Part shown: positions 1-9,503 of the stretch, in pieces
How the letters are laid out: each line of letters begins with the position of its first letter
Position numbering within the stretch: the stretch's first letter is position 1
Source of the DNA: Alphaproteobacteria bacterium
GTDB taxonomy: Bacteria > Pseudomonadota > Alphaproteobacteria > UBA828
Direction of reading: 5' to 3'
Length of the DNA stretch: 64,000 nt
Assembly (NCBI GenBank): GCA_963667785.2
Contig: CAXXMU010000005.1
Location: forward strand, 128,001 to 192,000
Notes under the pieces: model-generated
Databases searched by the model: none
What the model was told of the DNA's origin: nothing
The model's input: the letters and a program-made list of their open reading frames with translations, nothing else
Position numbers and translations under genes: made by a program

Positions 1-2
1 CC

Positions 3-980
3 GTGCAGGTAGTAGACGACGCCCGCATAAAAATCGACGTTCACGTTGACGCCGTGGCGCGCATAGGGGCGCATCGCCTCCACCAGCGCTTCGAGGATCG
101 CGTGCCAGTGGGGCTCTCCCATCTCCTCGGAAAGCCGCCTGACCCCTTCGCGCATGTGCCTGGCGCGGGGGTCCTCGGCCCGGTAGACGCGGTGGCCGAA
201 GCCCATGATCGGCTCGCGCGCCTTCCGCTTCGCCTTGACGTAGGCCGCCGCCTCCGCCGGATCGCCGATCTCCTTGGCCATCCGCATCACGTTCTCCGCC
301 GCACCGCCGTGGGCAGGGCCGGAGAGCGCAGCCACCGCCGCGGTGATGCCCGCGTGCAGGTTCGCATCGGTGCTGACGACGACCCGCGCGGTGAACGACG
401 ATGCGTTGGAGCCATGCTCGGCGTGCAGCACCATGTCGGTGTCCATCAGCCCGCTGGCATCCTCGCTCGGCGCCTCGCCCTTGAGCATGTGGAGGAAGTT
501 CGCGGCATGACCGAGCTCCGCGCTCGCCGGCACCGGCTCCCGGCCCTGGCGGATGTGGTGGTGCGCGGTGACGATCATCGGCACCTGCGAGGTGAGTCGG
601 ATGCCCTTGCGGCGCGTCGCCTCCAGCGAGTTGTCGCCGGTCTCTGGATCGAACGCCGCGAGCGCGGAGACGGCGGTGCGCAGCACGTCCATGGGGTGCG
701 ACTCCTTCACCGCGCCGATCACGTCCAGGACCGCGCCGGGCAGCGTGCGCGCCTCCTTCATGGCGCGGTCGAAGGCGCCGAGCTCGGCTCGCGTCGGAAG
801 CTCTCCATGCAGCAGGAGGTAAGCGGTCTCCTCGAAGGAGGAGTGCGCGGCGAGATCGTGGATGGAATAGCCGCGATAGCGGAGCTCGCCGGCCCGGCCG
901 TCGATCAGCGTGGTCGGCGAGCGGTCGAAGCAAAGATCCTTCAGGCCGCGATGAACCTCGGGCTGGTTCGCATCCGTCAT
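3..980 (-). CDS. Citrate synthase / 2-methylcitrate synthase family (3' end runs off the window)
   Basis: Manual translation from ATG 980: MTDANQPEVHRGLKDL...GELRYRGYSIHDLA...LHAEHGSNAS...SGPAHGGA...MGFGHRVYRAEDPR...NVDFYAG. These are the citrate synthase catalytic His/Asp motifs. Absent from the ORF track because it is open-ended. Confidence 0.92.
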   Translation of the reverse strand, partial: MTDANQPEVHRGLKDLCFDRSPTTLIDGRAGELRYRGYSIHDLAAHSSFEETAYLLLHGELPTRAELGAFDRAMKEARTLPGAVLDVIGAVKESHPMDVLRTAVSALAAFDPETGDNSLEATRRKGIRLTSQVPMIVTAHHHIRQGREPVPASAELGHAANFLHMLKGEAPSEDASGLMDTDMVLHAEHGSNASSFTARVVVSTDANLHAGITAAVAALSGPAHGGAAENVMRMAKEIGDPAEAAAYVKAKRKAREPIMGFGHRVYRAEDPRARHMREGVRRLSEEMGEPHWHAILEALVEAMRPYARHGVNVNVDFYAGVVYYLH

Positions 981-1038
981 GAGCGTCTCGCCTTCCGCCG
1001 GTTGGGAGAGCGAAGCGTAACCGACGGGGCCGGACCCG

Positions 1039-1908
1039 TCAGCCGAGCCTCGCCTGAAGCGCGCGCCCGACCTCGGAAGGCGTGTCCAGCACCTCGACGC
1101 CCGCCGCCTCGAGCGCCGTGCGCTTCGATGCGTAGGTGCCCCTGTCGCCCATCACGATCGCGCCGGCATGGCCCATCTTCTTGCCTGGCGGCGAGGCGCT
1201 GCCCGCGATGAAGGCCACCACGGGCTTGGCCATCTCTCGTGCGTAGGCGGCCGCGTCCTCCTCCATCGTCCCGCCGATCTCGCCGACCACCACGACCGCA
1301 TCGGTGCGCGCGTCGGCATCCAGCGCCTCCAGCGCGTCGCACGTGGTCGTTCCGACGATCGGGTCGCCGCCGATGCCGATGAAGGCCGACTGCCCGAAGC
1401 CGGCCTGCACCAGGTTGAGACAGACCAGGGTGCCGAGACTTCCGCTGCGGGAAATCACCCCCACCCGGCCGGGCCGGAAGACGTCGGCCTCGAACGCCGG
1501 CATGAAACCGACGAAGCACGCGCCCGGCGTCACCAGGCCGGCGGTATTCGGGCCGACGACGGCGGCGCCGTTTGCGCGGGCCATCGCCAGCATCTCCATC
1601 ACGTCCTGTACCGGAATGTGCTCGGTGAGCACGACGAGGCGGGCGCAGCCGGCCTCGATCGCGTCCTGCGCCGCCGCCTTCACCCCGAGCGGCGGAATGA
1701 ACAGGACGGAGAGGTCGAAGCCCGTCTCGCGCATTGCCTCGCCTGCGGTCGCGAAGACCGGCACGCCGCAATGCCGGGTGCCGGCCTTCTTCGGGTTCAC
1801 GCCCGCCACGACGCAGGTGCCGTAGGCCTGCATGCGCTCGGTCCAGTAGGTGCCCTGCCGCCCGGTGATCCCCTGGACGAGCACCCGGTCTCCGCCGCGC
1901 ACGATCAT
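1039..1908 (-). CDS. SucD-like ADP-forming CoA ligase alpha subunit (second paralog; candidate sulfoacetate-CoA ligase)
   Basis: [27 protein letters not shown] and KMGHAGA motifs; overlaps the sucC-like gene by 4 bp. Confidence 0.88.
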   Translation of the reverse strand: MIVRGGDRVLVQGITGRQGTYWTERMQAYGTCVVAGVNPKKAGTRHCGVPVFATAGEAMRETGFDLSVLFIPPLGVKAAAQDAIEAGCARLVVLTEHIPVQDVMEMLAMARANGAAVVGPNTAGLVTPGACFVGFMPAFEADVFRPGRVGVISRSGSLGTLVCLNLVQAGFGQSAFIGIGGDPIVGTTTCDALEALDADARTDAVVVVGEIGGTMEEDAAAYAREMAKPVVAFIAGSASPPGKKMGHAGAIVMGDRGTYASKRTALEAAGVEVLDTPSEVGRALQARLG

Positions 1909-3050
1909 GGGGGACCGCCCGCATCGCGGGCCGCGGCGACGGCGGCGACGATCGCCTCATCCATCGTCCCGTAGGGTGTCACGCCGAGCCGTTCGCGGAG
2001 CATCTCCCGCGCTTGCGCCGAGCCCGTGCCGCGCACGCTGAAGAAGACCGGCATGGCGGGCGTGAACGCCTCCCAGGCATCGAGCACGCCCGCGGTCATC
2101 ACGTCGGTCCGCGCGAAGGCGCCGCAGAAGTTCACCACGAGGCTCCGCACCCTGGGATTGGCGAGAACGATCTCCAGCGCCGGCGCTCCCCTGGTGTAGG
2201 CGTCGCCGCCGATTTCCAGGAAATTCGCCGCCCGCCCCCCGTGGTGCGCGATCACGTCCATGGTGGTCATGGTGAGCCCGGCGCCGTTGGCGAGCACGCC
2301 GATGTCCCCGTCGAGCTCGATGTATCTCAGCCCCAGCGCCTGCGCGCGCGCCTCCAGCGCGGTGAGCGGTTCGGGGCTCCCTCCGCGCGCGAGCTCCTCC
2401 CGGCGCCGGATCCCGGAATCGTCGAGGGTGAACTTGCAATCGAGCGCGACCAGGCGCCCGTCATCGAGCCGGGCGAGGGGATTGACCTCGAGAAGCTCGG
2501 CGTCGTTGTCGCGGTAGGCGCGATAGAGCGCCATGAGGGTCTCGGCGACCGGCCCTTCGTCGGCGTCGAGGCCGAGGCCCTCCAGCATCGCGCGTGCGGT
2601 CTCGAGGTCCAACCCGTGCAGGATGTCCACGCTTGCCCGCCGCAGCCGCTCCGGCATCGACGCCGCGATCTCCTCCACGTCCATGCCGCCCTCGGAGGAG
2701 AAAATCACCAGCGGCGCCTGCGACGCCGCGTCGCCCAGGATCGCCGCGTAGTACTCCGCCGCGACCGGCGCGCGCTCCTCGACCAGCACCGAGGCGACGC
2801 GATGCCCCGCGATCTCCATGCCGAGGATCGCGCCGGCCGCTCCGCGCGCGGCTGCGGGATCGTCCGCGACACGGATGCCGCCGGCCTTGCCGCGCTTGCC
2901 TTGCGGAACCTGGGCCTTGACCACCACCGGTGCCGCGAGTTCCGCCGCGACGGCTTCCGCCTCGGCGGCGCTCCGCGCGAGCCTGCCGCGCGGGATCGCG
3001 ATGCCTGCCGCCCGCAGCAGCGGCTTCGCCGCATGCTCCTCGAAGTCCAC
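1905..3050 (-). CDS. SucC-like ADP-forming CoA ligase beta subunit (second paralog)
   Basis: KAQVPQGKRGKAGG ATP-grasp, EVNPL, NGAGLTMTTMD, ANFLEIGG; GTG start. Confidence 0.88.
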   Translation of the reverse strand: MDFEEHAAKPLLRAAGIAIPRGRLARSAAEAEAVAAELAAPVVVKAQVPQGKRGKAGGIRVADDPAAARGAAGAILGMEIAGHRVASVLVEERAPVAAEYYAAILGDAASQAPLVIFSSEGGMDVEEIAASMPERLRRASVDILHGLDLETARAMLEGLGLDADEGPVAETLMALYRAYRDNDAELLEVNPLARLDDGRLVALDCKFTLDDSGIRRREELARGGSPEPLTALEARAQALGLRYIELDGDIGVLANGAGLTMTTMDVIAHHGGRAANFLEIGGDAYTRGAPALEIVLANPRVRSLVVNFCGAFARTDVMTAGVLDAWEAFTPAMPVFFSVRGTGSAQAREMLRERLGVTPYGTMDEAIVAAVAAARDAGGPP

Positions 3051-3089
3051 GATGTCCGGTTCCCTGTCGCGCGACGGGCGCCGCGTCGC

Positions 3090-4517
3090 CTACGTCCCGT
3101 ACTTGTCCCAGTAGTCGCCGAACAGCGCCTCCTCGCTGGGCTTGTCTTCGGGAATCGGGACGGCGAGATGGGTGATGTTGAGGAAGTGCCGGTAGTTGAG
3201 GTTCTCGCTGATGCTGTTGCCCTGCCAGGTCCCGCACCCCATGGAGAGGGTGAAGTTGAGGCCGCTGTCGAAGCCGCCTCCGTTGCCGAAGGTGTGCGCC
3301 ATGTTCACGAGGACCCGCGCGGTATCGAGCTCCTCGGCGAGACGGCGGGCATGCGCTGTCTCCTCGGTGTGAATGCCGACGGAGTGGCCCCGGCCCTTGA
3401 CGCCCATGATCGCGCGCACCTTGCCCACGGCATCGTCGAAGCTCCTGGCACGATAGACGGTGAGCACCAGAGCGAGCTTCTCGTCGGAGAACGGATGCTC
3501 AGGCCCGATCCCGGTCTCCTCGACCATGACGAAGCGGGCGCCGGGCGCCGGGCCTTCGAGACCGCACTCGGCCGCGAAGACCCCAAAATCCTTCGCGATG
3601 ACTCGCCGGTTGAGCCCTCCGTCGACCCAGAGGGTACGCCGGATCGCCTCCTTCTCCGCCGCGTCCGCCAGGTAGCCGCCGGCGCGCTGCAGCGCGGCGA
3701 GCGCGGCGTCGTACACGTCGTCGAGAATGATCAGCGCGTTCTCCGAGGAGCACGAGGTCGCGTTGTCGAAGCACTTGGAGGCGGCGATCTTCGCCGCCGC
3801 CTCGTCGAGCTTCGCGCTGGAATCGACGATGACCGGGACGTTGCCGGCACCCACCCCGATCGCGGGCGTGCCGCTGCGGTAGGCGGCCCGCACGTTGCTC
3901 TGCGAGCCGGTGACGACCACCAGGTCGCAGGCCGCCATCAGCGCCTGAGTGATCGCCTTGTCCACGGGCGCAGGCAGCACCTGCACCAGGTCCGCAGGCG
4001 CGCCGATCTTCTCCAGCTCCGCCCGCATCAGCGCCACGGCCCTCGTGGTGGTCGCGAGGCCGGCGGGAGAGGGCGCGATGACGATCGCGTTGCGCCCCTT
4101 GAGCGCCATCATCGTCTTGTTCACGGGTGTCGCCGCGGGGTTGGTCGACGGCGTCACCGCGCCGACCACACCGACCGGCTTCGCGTACTTCACCAGCCCG
4201 AGCGCCGGCAGCTCCTCGACGATGCCGACGCTCTTCACCCGCATCAGGTCGCGCAGGGTGCCGAAGGTCTTGCGCCGGTTCTTGACGACCTTGTCGGCCG
4301 CGTTGCCGAGGCCGGTGTCGTCCACCGCCATCCTGGCGAGCGCCTCGGCGTGTTCGGGCTTGTAGAGCGACCAGGCGATCGCGGTCACCGCCTCGTCCAC
4401 CCGCGCCTGATCGGAATCGGCGAAGGCCGCCATGGCCGTGCGGGCGCGGCGGACCAGCGCGGCGACGATCGCAACCGGGTCGCGCTCGAAGACTTGGGCC
4501 TTGGCAGGCTGGCTCAT
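3090..4517 (-). CDS. Acylating (CoA-dependent) aldehyde dehydrogenase, SauS-like
   Basis: PSTNP, VTGS, GVGAGN, SKCFDNATSCSSEN, EKL, LSMGCGTWQGNSISEN; start taken at MSQPAK (4517). Confidence 0.8.
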   Translation of the reverse strand: MSQPAKAQVFERDPVAIVAALVRRARTAMAAFADSDQARVDEAVTAIAWSLYKPEHAEALARMAVDDTGLGNAADKVVKNRRKTFGTLRDLMRVKSVGIVEELPALGLVKYAKPVGVVGAVTPSTNPAATPVNKTMMALKGRNAIVIAPSPAGLATTTRAVALMRAELEKIGAPADLVQVLPAPVDKAITQALMAACDLVVVTGSQSNVRAAYRSGTPAIGVGAGNVPVIVDSSAKLDEAAAKIAASKCFDNATSCSSENALIILDDVYDAALAALQRAGGYLADAAEKEAIRRTLWVDGGLNRRVIAKDFGVFAAECGLEGPAPGARFVMVEETGIGPEHPFSDEKLALVLTVYRARSFDDAVGKVRAIMGVKGRGHSVGIHTEETAHARRLAEELDTARVLVNMAHTFGNGGGFDSGLNFTLSMGCGTWQGNSISENLNYRHFLNITHLAVPIPEDKPSEEALFGDYWDKYGT

Positions 4518-4849
4518 CGTCCGTGTCGCTCCTCGGGCTGCGCGCCGGCGTGCCCGATGCGGCCGTCGCGCCGGTGGCGGAGCTTGGTGCAGGCTCCGGC
4601 CTCGAATCAAGCATCTTACGCAGCGCGCGGGACGCGTGCAGCAGGGGAAAAGCCGGGACACGATGGATCGGGCGCAAGCGCTGCCGCTCCGCATCTCCTT
4701 CTGGCCTTGCCGCTTCGAATCGACCGTGCGCTCCGCGAGGGTGCCCGGTATCGTCGCGGGCGCCGTCAGCCGCCTCGACCTGGCCTCGCGGCGGCCCCGG
4801 ACACTGTTCACCTGAATGCACCGAACGGACGCCGGCCACCCCCGCAGCG

Positions 4850-5542
4850 ATGAGCGCCCGCCATGCCATCTACTTCGCGCCCGACGCGGGCACGCCGCTC
4901 GCGCGCTTCGGCGCCGCCTGGCTCGGGCGCGATGCCGAATCGGGCGAGCGGCTGGCGCGGCCGGCAGTCGAGGGCTTCGGCGACGAGCGGCTGGAGCGCA
5001 TCACAGAGAAGCCGCGCGGCTACGGTTTTCACGCGACCCTGGCGCCGCCCTTCCGGCTCTCTCAGGCGTGCACGCGCGCGATGCTCGACGAGGCGCTCGC
5101 CGCCTTCGCCGCCACGCGCAGGCCCTTTCACACGCCGCCGCTGACGCTTGCGGTGCTCGACGACTTCCTCGCCCTGATGCTCTCCGACGAGAGCGAGGCC
5201 ATGCAGGCGCTGGAGGACGACATCATCCACGCCTTCGAGCGCTTTCGCGCGCCGCCCGCTCCGGCCGAGCACATTCGCCGGCAGGCGGTGGCGCACACGC
5301 CGCGCCAGGAGGAATTGCTCCGGCAATGGGGCTATCCCTTCGTGCTGGACGAGTTCCGCTTCCACATGACGCTCACGTGCGAGCTCGACCAGCCCGAGCG
5401 GGGCGCGCTCCGACGGGCGCTGGCACGGCTCACCGCTCCCCTTTGCGCCTCGCCGCTCGCGGTCGCCGGCATCGCGCTGTTCGAGCAGGCGGAGCGCGGC
5501 GGCCCGTTCATGCTCACCCGCCGCTACCCGTTCCCGGCGTGA
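4850..5542 (+). CDS. DUF1045 family 2H-phosphoesterase-like protein
   Basis: RHAIYFAP, PRGYGFHATL and WGYPFVLDEFRFHMTLT (two HxT motifs). Confidence 0.8.
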   Translation: MSARHAIYFAPDAGTPLARFGAAWLGRDAESGERLARPAVEGFGDERLERITEKPRGYGFHATLAPPFRLSQACTRAMLDEALAAFAATRRPFHTPPLTLAVLDDFLALMLSDESEAMQALEDDIIHAFERFRAPPAPAEHIRRQAVAHTPRQEELLRQWGYPFVLDEFRFHMTLTCELDQPERGALRRALARLTAPLCASPLAVAGIALFEQAERGGPFMLTRRYPFPA

Positions 5543-5654
5543 GCGGGGAGGCAGTCGACGACGACGCCCCGGCAGCCTCGCCCTGCGGCGCTGGCGCCGG
5601 GGGCCGGCATCGGCCATCATCCCGCCGCCTGACCGCCGCACACGGGGAGCGCCG

Positions 5655-6050
5655 ATGATCACGAAGGGAATCAAGCAGCTCGTGGCCGAGGCCGAAGCCG
5701 AGATCGAGACCATCACGGCCGAGGACGCCATCGCGCTGATGGACGACGAGAGCGTCGAGCTCGTCGACATCCGCGACATCAGGGAGCTCTGGCGCGAAGG
5801 CGCCGTCCCCGGCGCGCGCCACGTGCCGCGCGGCATGATCGAGTTCTGGATCGACCCCGAGAGCCCCTATCACAAGCCCTTCTTCGCCAGCGGCAGGAAG
5901 TTCGTGTTCTTCTGCGCCGGGGGATTACGCTCGGCGCTGGCGACGCAGGCGGCGCAGAACATGGGGCTCGGCCCCGTCGCCCATATCGCCGGCGGCTTCG
6001 GCGCCTGGAAGGAGGCCGGCGGCCCGACCGAGGAGAAGCCGCGTCCCTAA
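5655..6050 (+). CDS. Rhodanese-like domain protein
   Basis: VDIRD, PRGMIEFWIDP, FFCAGGLRS, GGFGAW. Confidence 0.88.
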   Translation: MITKGIKQLVAEAEAEIETITAEDAIALMDDESVELVDIRDIRELWREGAVPGARHVPRGMIEFWIDPESPYHKPFFASGRKFVFFCAGGLRSALATQAAQNMGLGPVAHIAGGFGAWKEAGGPTEEKPRP

Positions 6051-6138
6051 CTCCCCGCCGGCCGGTCCGCCGGGCCGGGCCAGGCCGCTCGCACCGCTTC
6101 TCGCCGCCTATTTCGCCCTGCCGCCGCCCGCCCGCGGC

Positions 6139-7011
6139 ATGCTGCTGCTGCTGGGCGCCACCATCGGCTTCGCCTCCATGCACGCGGTCATCCGCATCGC
6201 GTCGAGCGAGCAGCACCCGTTCGAGGTGGCCTTCTTCCGCAACTTCTTCGGGCTGATCTTCATCGCGCCGTTCCTGCTGCGCCACGGCTTCGGCGCGCTC
6301 AGGACCCGGCGGCTCCCGCTCCACGCCGCGCGCGGCGCAGTGCACGTCTCGGCCATGCTGATGTTCTTCTTCGCGGTGCCGATCACGCCGCTCGGCACCG
6401 TCGCGGCGCTGAGCTTCACGGCGCCGCTCTTCGTCACCGTGGGCGCGGTGCTGCTGCTGGGCGAGGTGGTGCGCATCCGGCGCATCGCAGCCCTCGTCGC
6501 GGGCTTCGCCGGCGCGCTGGTGATCATCCGGCCGGGCATGGTGGCGCTCGATCCGGGCTCGCTGCTGGTACTCGGCTCGTCGGCCGTCTGGGCCGGCGCG
6601 ATGATCCTGATCAAGCTGCTGTCGCGCACGGAATCGAGCCTGACCATGGCCGCCTACATGGCGGTGTTCCTGACGCCGCTGTCGTCCATCGCGGCGGCCT
6701 TCTTCTGGCAGTGGCCGAGCCTGGAGGAACTCGGCTGGTTCGCGCTGATGGGCGGGTTCGGCACGCTTGCGCACCTCTGCCTCGGCCAGGCCTTCCGCGA
6801 GGCGGACGCGACCGTCGTGCTGCCGGTGGACTTCCTCCGCCTGATCTGGTCGTCGCTCTACGGCTACCTGCTGTTCAACGAGGTGCCGGTGCTCTACGTC
6901 TGGATCGGCGGCACCATCATCTTCGCGAGCACGCTCTATCTCGCCTACCGCGAGGCCAAGGTGGCGCGGGCCACAGTCGCCGCCAGGGCGGGCGCGCCGC
7001 CGCCGAGCTAG
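6139..7011 (+). CDS. DMT/EamA family transporter
   Basis: About 10 hydrophobic segments; FFRNFFG, LLLGE, IIRPG; true start uncertain. Confidence 0.85.
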   Translation: MLLLLGATIGFASMHAVIRIASSEQHPFEVAFFRNFFGLIFIAPFLLRHGFGALRTRRLPLHAARGAVHVSAMLMFFFAVPITPLGTVAALSFTAPLFVTVGAVLLLGEVVRIRRIAALVAGFAGALVIIRPGMVALDPGSLLVLGSSAVWAGAMILIKLLSRTESSLTMAAYMAVFLTPLSSIAAAFFWQWPSLEELGWFALMGGFGTLAHLCLGQAFREADATVVLPVDFLRLIWSSLYGYLLFNEVPVLYVWIGGTIIFASTLYLAYREAKVARATVAARAGAPPPS

Positions 7012-7084
7012 CCCGGCTTGGTCGGGACGCGACAACCCCGGTATTCTGGATCCATCGGCAAGCCCCACCGCTGGAGACGGTTCG

Positions 7085-8164
7085 ATGCAACTCGGTCTCT
7101 TCACCATGCCGCTGCACCCACCGGGCGCGAATTTCACCGAGACGCTCAAGGCGGACCTGGATCAGATCGTGAAGCTCGACGAGCTCGGCTATGCCGAGGC
7201 CTGGATCGGCGAGCACTTCACGTCGGAGTGGGAGAACATCCCCGCGCCGGACCTGCTCATCGCGCAGGCGATCCCACTGACCAGGCAGATCAGGCTGGGT
7301 ACGGGCGTGAGCTGCATCCCGAACCACGACCCCTTCGTCCTCGCTCACCGCATCGCGCAGCTGGACCACATGGCGGAGGGCCGCTTCAACTGGGGCGTGG
7401 GCACCGGCAGCTTCCCCGGCGACATGCAGGTCTTCGGCTACTGGGGCGACAACCCGGCCATCAACAACCAGAGCTACACGCGGGCGGCGCTCGACACCAT
7501 CCTCAAGCTCTGGACCGATCCCGAGCCCGGCGTCTACGAGAGCGACGGATTCCGCTTCACCATCCCCGAGACCGAGACCGACGTCGGGCTCCGGGCGCAT
7601 GTCCGCCCCTATCAGCAGCCGCATCCGCCGATCGGCGTCGCCGGCGTCTCGCCGCGCTCGTCCACGCTGAAGATGGCTGCGGCCAGGGGCTGGATGCCCA
7701 TGTCGATCAACCTCGTGCCGCCTGTCCTCCTCAAGACCCACTGGGACGCGATCGAGGAGGGCGCGAACGAGGCGGGCCGCGCGCCCGATGCGAGCGTCTG
7801 GCGCGTCGCGCGCGAGATCGTGGTGGCGGAAACCGGCGCCGAAGCGCGCAGGATCGCGCTGGACGGGGTCATCGCGCGCGATTTCACCGACTACTTCCTC
7901 CGGCTCCTGCCCAAGGTCGGCATGCTTCGGCTGCTGAAGAAGGACCAGGACATGGCCGATTCGGACGTGACCCTCGAGTATCTCGTGGACAACGTGTTCA
8001 TCGTGGGCTCCGTCGACGAGGTCACCCAGAAGCTGAACGACCTGCGCGGCGAGATCGGCCCGTTCGGCACCCTGCTCGCCATGGGCCACGACTGGGAGCC
8101 CTACGACGCCTGGTACGCCTCCATGGCGATGCTCAAGAACGAGGTGCTGCCCAAGGTCAGCTAG
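7085..8164 (+). CDS. LLM (luciferase-like) flavin-dependent monooxygenase
   Basis: LGLFTMPLHP, AWIGEHF, IRLGTGV, LDHMAEGRF, PYQQPHPPI. Confidence 0.88.
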   Translation: MQLGLFTMPLHPPGANFTETLKADLDQIVKLDELGYAEAWIGEHFTSEWENIPAPDLLIAQAIPLTRQIRLGTGVSCIPNHDPFVLAHRIAQLDHMAEGRFNWGVGTGSFPGDMQVFGYWGDNPAINNQSYTRAALDTILKLWTDPEPGVYESDGFRFTIPETETDVGLRAHVRPYQQPHPPIGVAGVSPRSSTLKMAAARGWMPMSINLVPPVLLKTHWDAIEEGANEAGRAPDASVWRVAREIVVAETGAEARRIALDGVIARDFTDYFLRLLPKVGMLRLLKKDQDMADSDVTLEYLVDNVFIVGSVDEVTQKLNDLRGEIGPFGTLLAMGHDWEPYDAWYASMAMLKNEVLPKVS

Positions 8165-9158
8165 CCGGCAGGAGAGCGCTCGCGTCCACGAAGGGGGCGA
8201 TGTCGGCCTCGGGCCGGGCGCCCGCATGGCCGATGATCTCGCCGGCCGCGAGCGCCGCGAGCCGGCCGCAGCGGGCGAGATCGAAGCCGCGCGCGAGCCC
8301 CGCGAGGAAGCCCGCGGCATAGAGATCGCCCGCGCCGGTGGTATCCACGACCCGGGCGACCGGCGCGGCCGCGATGGTGTGGGCCTCGCCCTGCCCGGCG
8401 ACCACCGAGCCCTTCTCGCTCCGCGTGAGGGCGCAGATCGCGCAGTCGGCACGCGCCGCCGCCAGCGCGGCCTCGAAGCTCCCCACCTCGTAGAGCGCCA
8501 TCGCCTCGTCCTCGTTCGCGAAGAGCACGTCGATCTCGTCCGCCACCAGCGCGCGGAGCTCCGCCCGGTGGCGCTCGACGCAGAAGCTGTCCGAAAGCGA
8601 GAGGCAGACCCGGCCGCCTGCGCCGTGCGCGATGCCGAGCGCCTTGCGGAAGGCCTCCTTGGCCGCCGGCGGGTCCCACAGATAGCCCTCCAGATAGAGG
8701 AGCGGGGCGCGCGCGATAAAGGCCGGGTCGATGTCGCCGGGGCCGAGCTCGACGCAGGCGCCGAGATGCGTGCCCATGGTGCGCTGGGCGTCGGGGGTGA
8801 CGAAGACGATGCAGCGCGCGGTCGCAGCGCCGCCCTGTGCTGCCGGGGTCGGGAAGCGGACACCGGCGGCCTCGATGTCGCGGCGGAACGCCGCACCCGC
8901 CGCATCGTCGCGCACCTTGCCGACATAGCCGGCGGCACTCCCGAGCCGGGCCGCGCCCACCATGGTGTTGGCGGCGGACCCGCCGGAGACCTCGACCGCC
9001 GCCTTGGTGTGTGCGCGCAGCGCGTCGGCGCGGGCCGCGTCGATCAGCGTCATCGAGCCCTTGGCGAGACCCACCTCGGCCAGCAGCGCGTCCGGCGCAC
9101 GGGCGACGACGTCGACGATCGCATTGCCGATCCCGATGACATCCAGCCGCGAGCCCAT
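8157..9158 (-). CDS. PfkB family carbohydrate kinase (adenosine kinase-like)
   Basis: GIGNAIVD, SGGSAANT, YLEGYLWD, VDTTGAGDLYAAGF; ATG 9158 is suitably spaced from GGAGG. Confidence 0.9.
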   Translation of the reverse strand: MGSRLDVIGIGNAIVDVVARAPDALLAEVGLAKGSMTLIDAARADALRAHTKAAVEVSGGSAANTMVGAARLGSAAGYVGKVRDDAAGAAFRRDIEAAGVRFPTPAAQGGAATARCIVFVTPDAQRTMGTHLGACVELGPGDIDPAFIARAPLLYLEGYLWDPPAAKEAFRKALGIAHGAGGRVCLSLSDSFCVERHRAELRALVADEIDVLFANEDEAMALYEVGSFEAALAAARADCAICALTRSEKGSVVAGQGEAHTIAAAPVARVVDTTGAGDLYAAGFLAGLARGFDLARCGRLAALAAGEIIGHAGARPEADIAPFVDASALLPAS

Positions 9159-9503
9159 ACGCATCCTCCCGTCTGCAGGGTTGCCGCCGGCGCAGCGGCG
9201 GCGGGACTATAGCCCGCATTTCTCACCAGGGTCATGGTCTGCGCAGCGCTCTCCGACCGACCGAGAACGACCTCGACGCGATCGATGACAGTGGCGCCGT
9301 CGCCCTGCAGGCTAGGCGCAAGGGCGGTCGAGATCGGCTCGCCCGTACACCTCGAAAAGAGACCGCACTCGTCGAAGGGAGTGCTCTGACGCGCGGCCGC
9401 CGGTCCCGCGGCCGCCTGGCTGCACGTGGCCCGCATCGTGTCCCGCCCGTCGACGCCGGTCGTCTGCAATCCGTGCCGCCGTGACGGCCGGGGCGCGGTC
9501 CCG

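Noticed and set aside
3-3050. Citryl-CoA synthetase/lyase (reverse TCA) reading of SucCD-like plus citrate-synthase-like genes
   Set aside because: The synthase has the full N-terminal part of a condensing citrate synthase, and the operon is led by an acylating aldehyde dehydrogenase. Not excluded, but less likely.
9165-9503. Possible small ORF or gene remnant (9050-9469 -)
   Set aside because: No recognisable motif or RBS, and it overlaps the kinase start; left unannotated.
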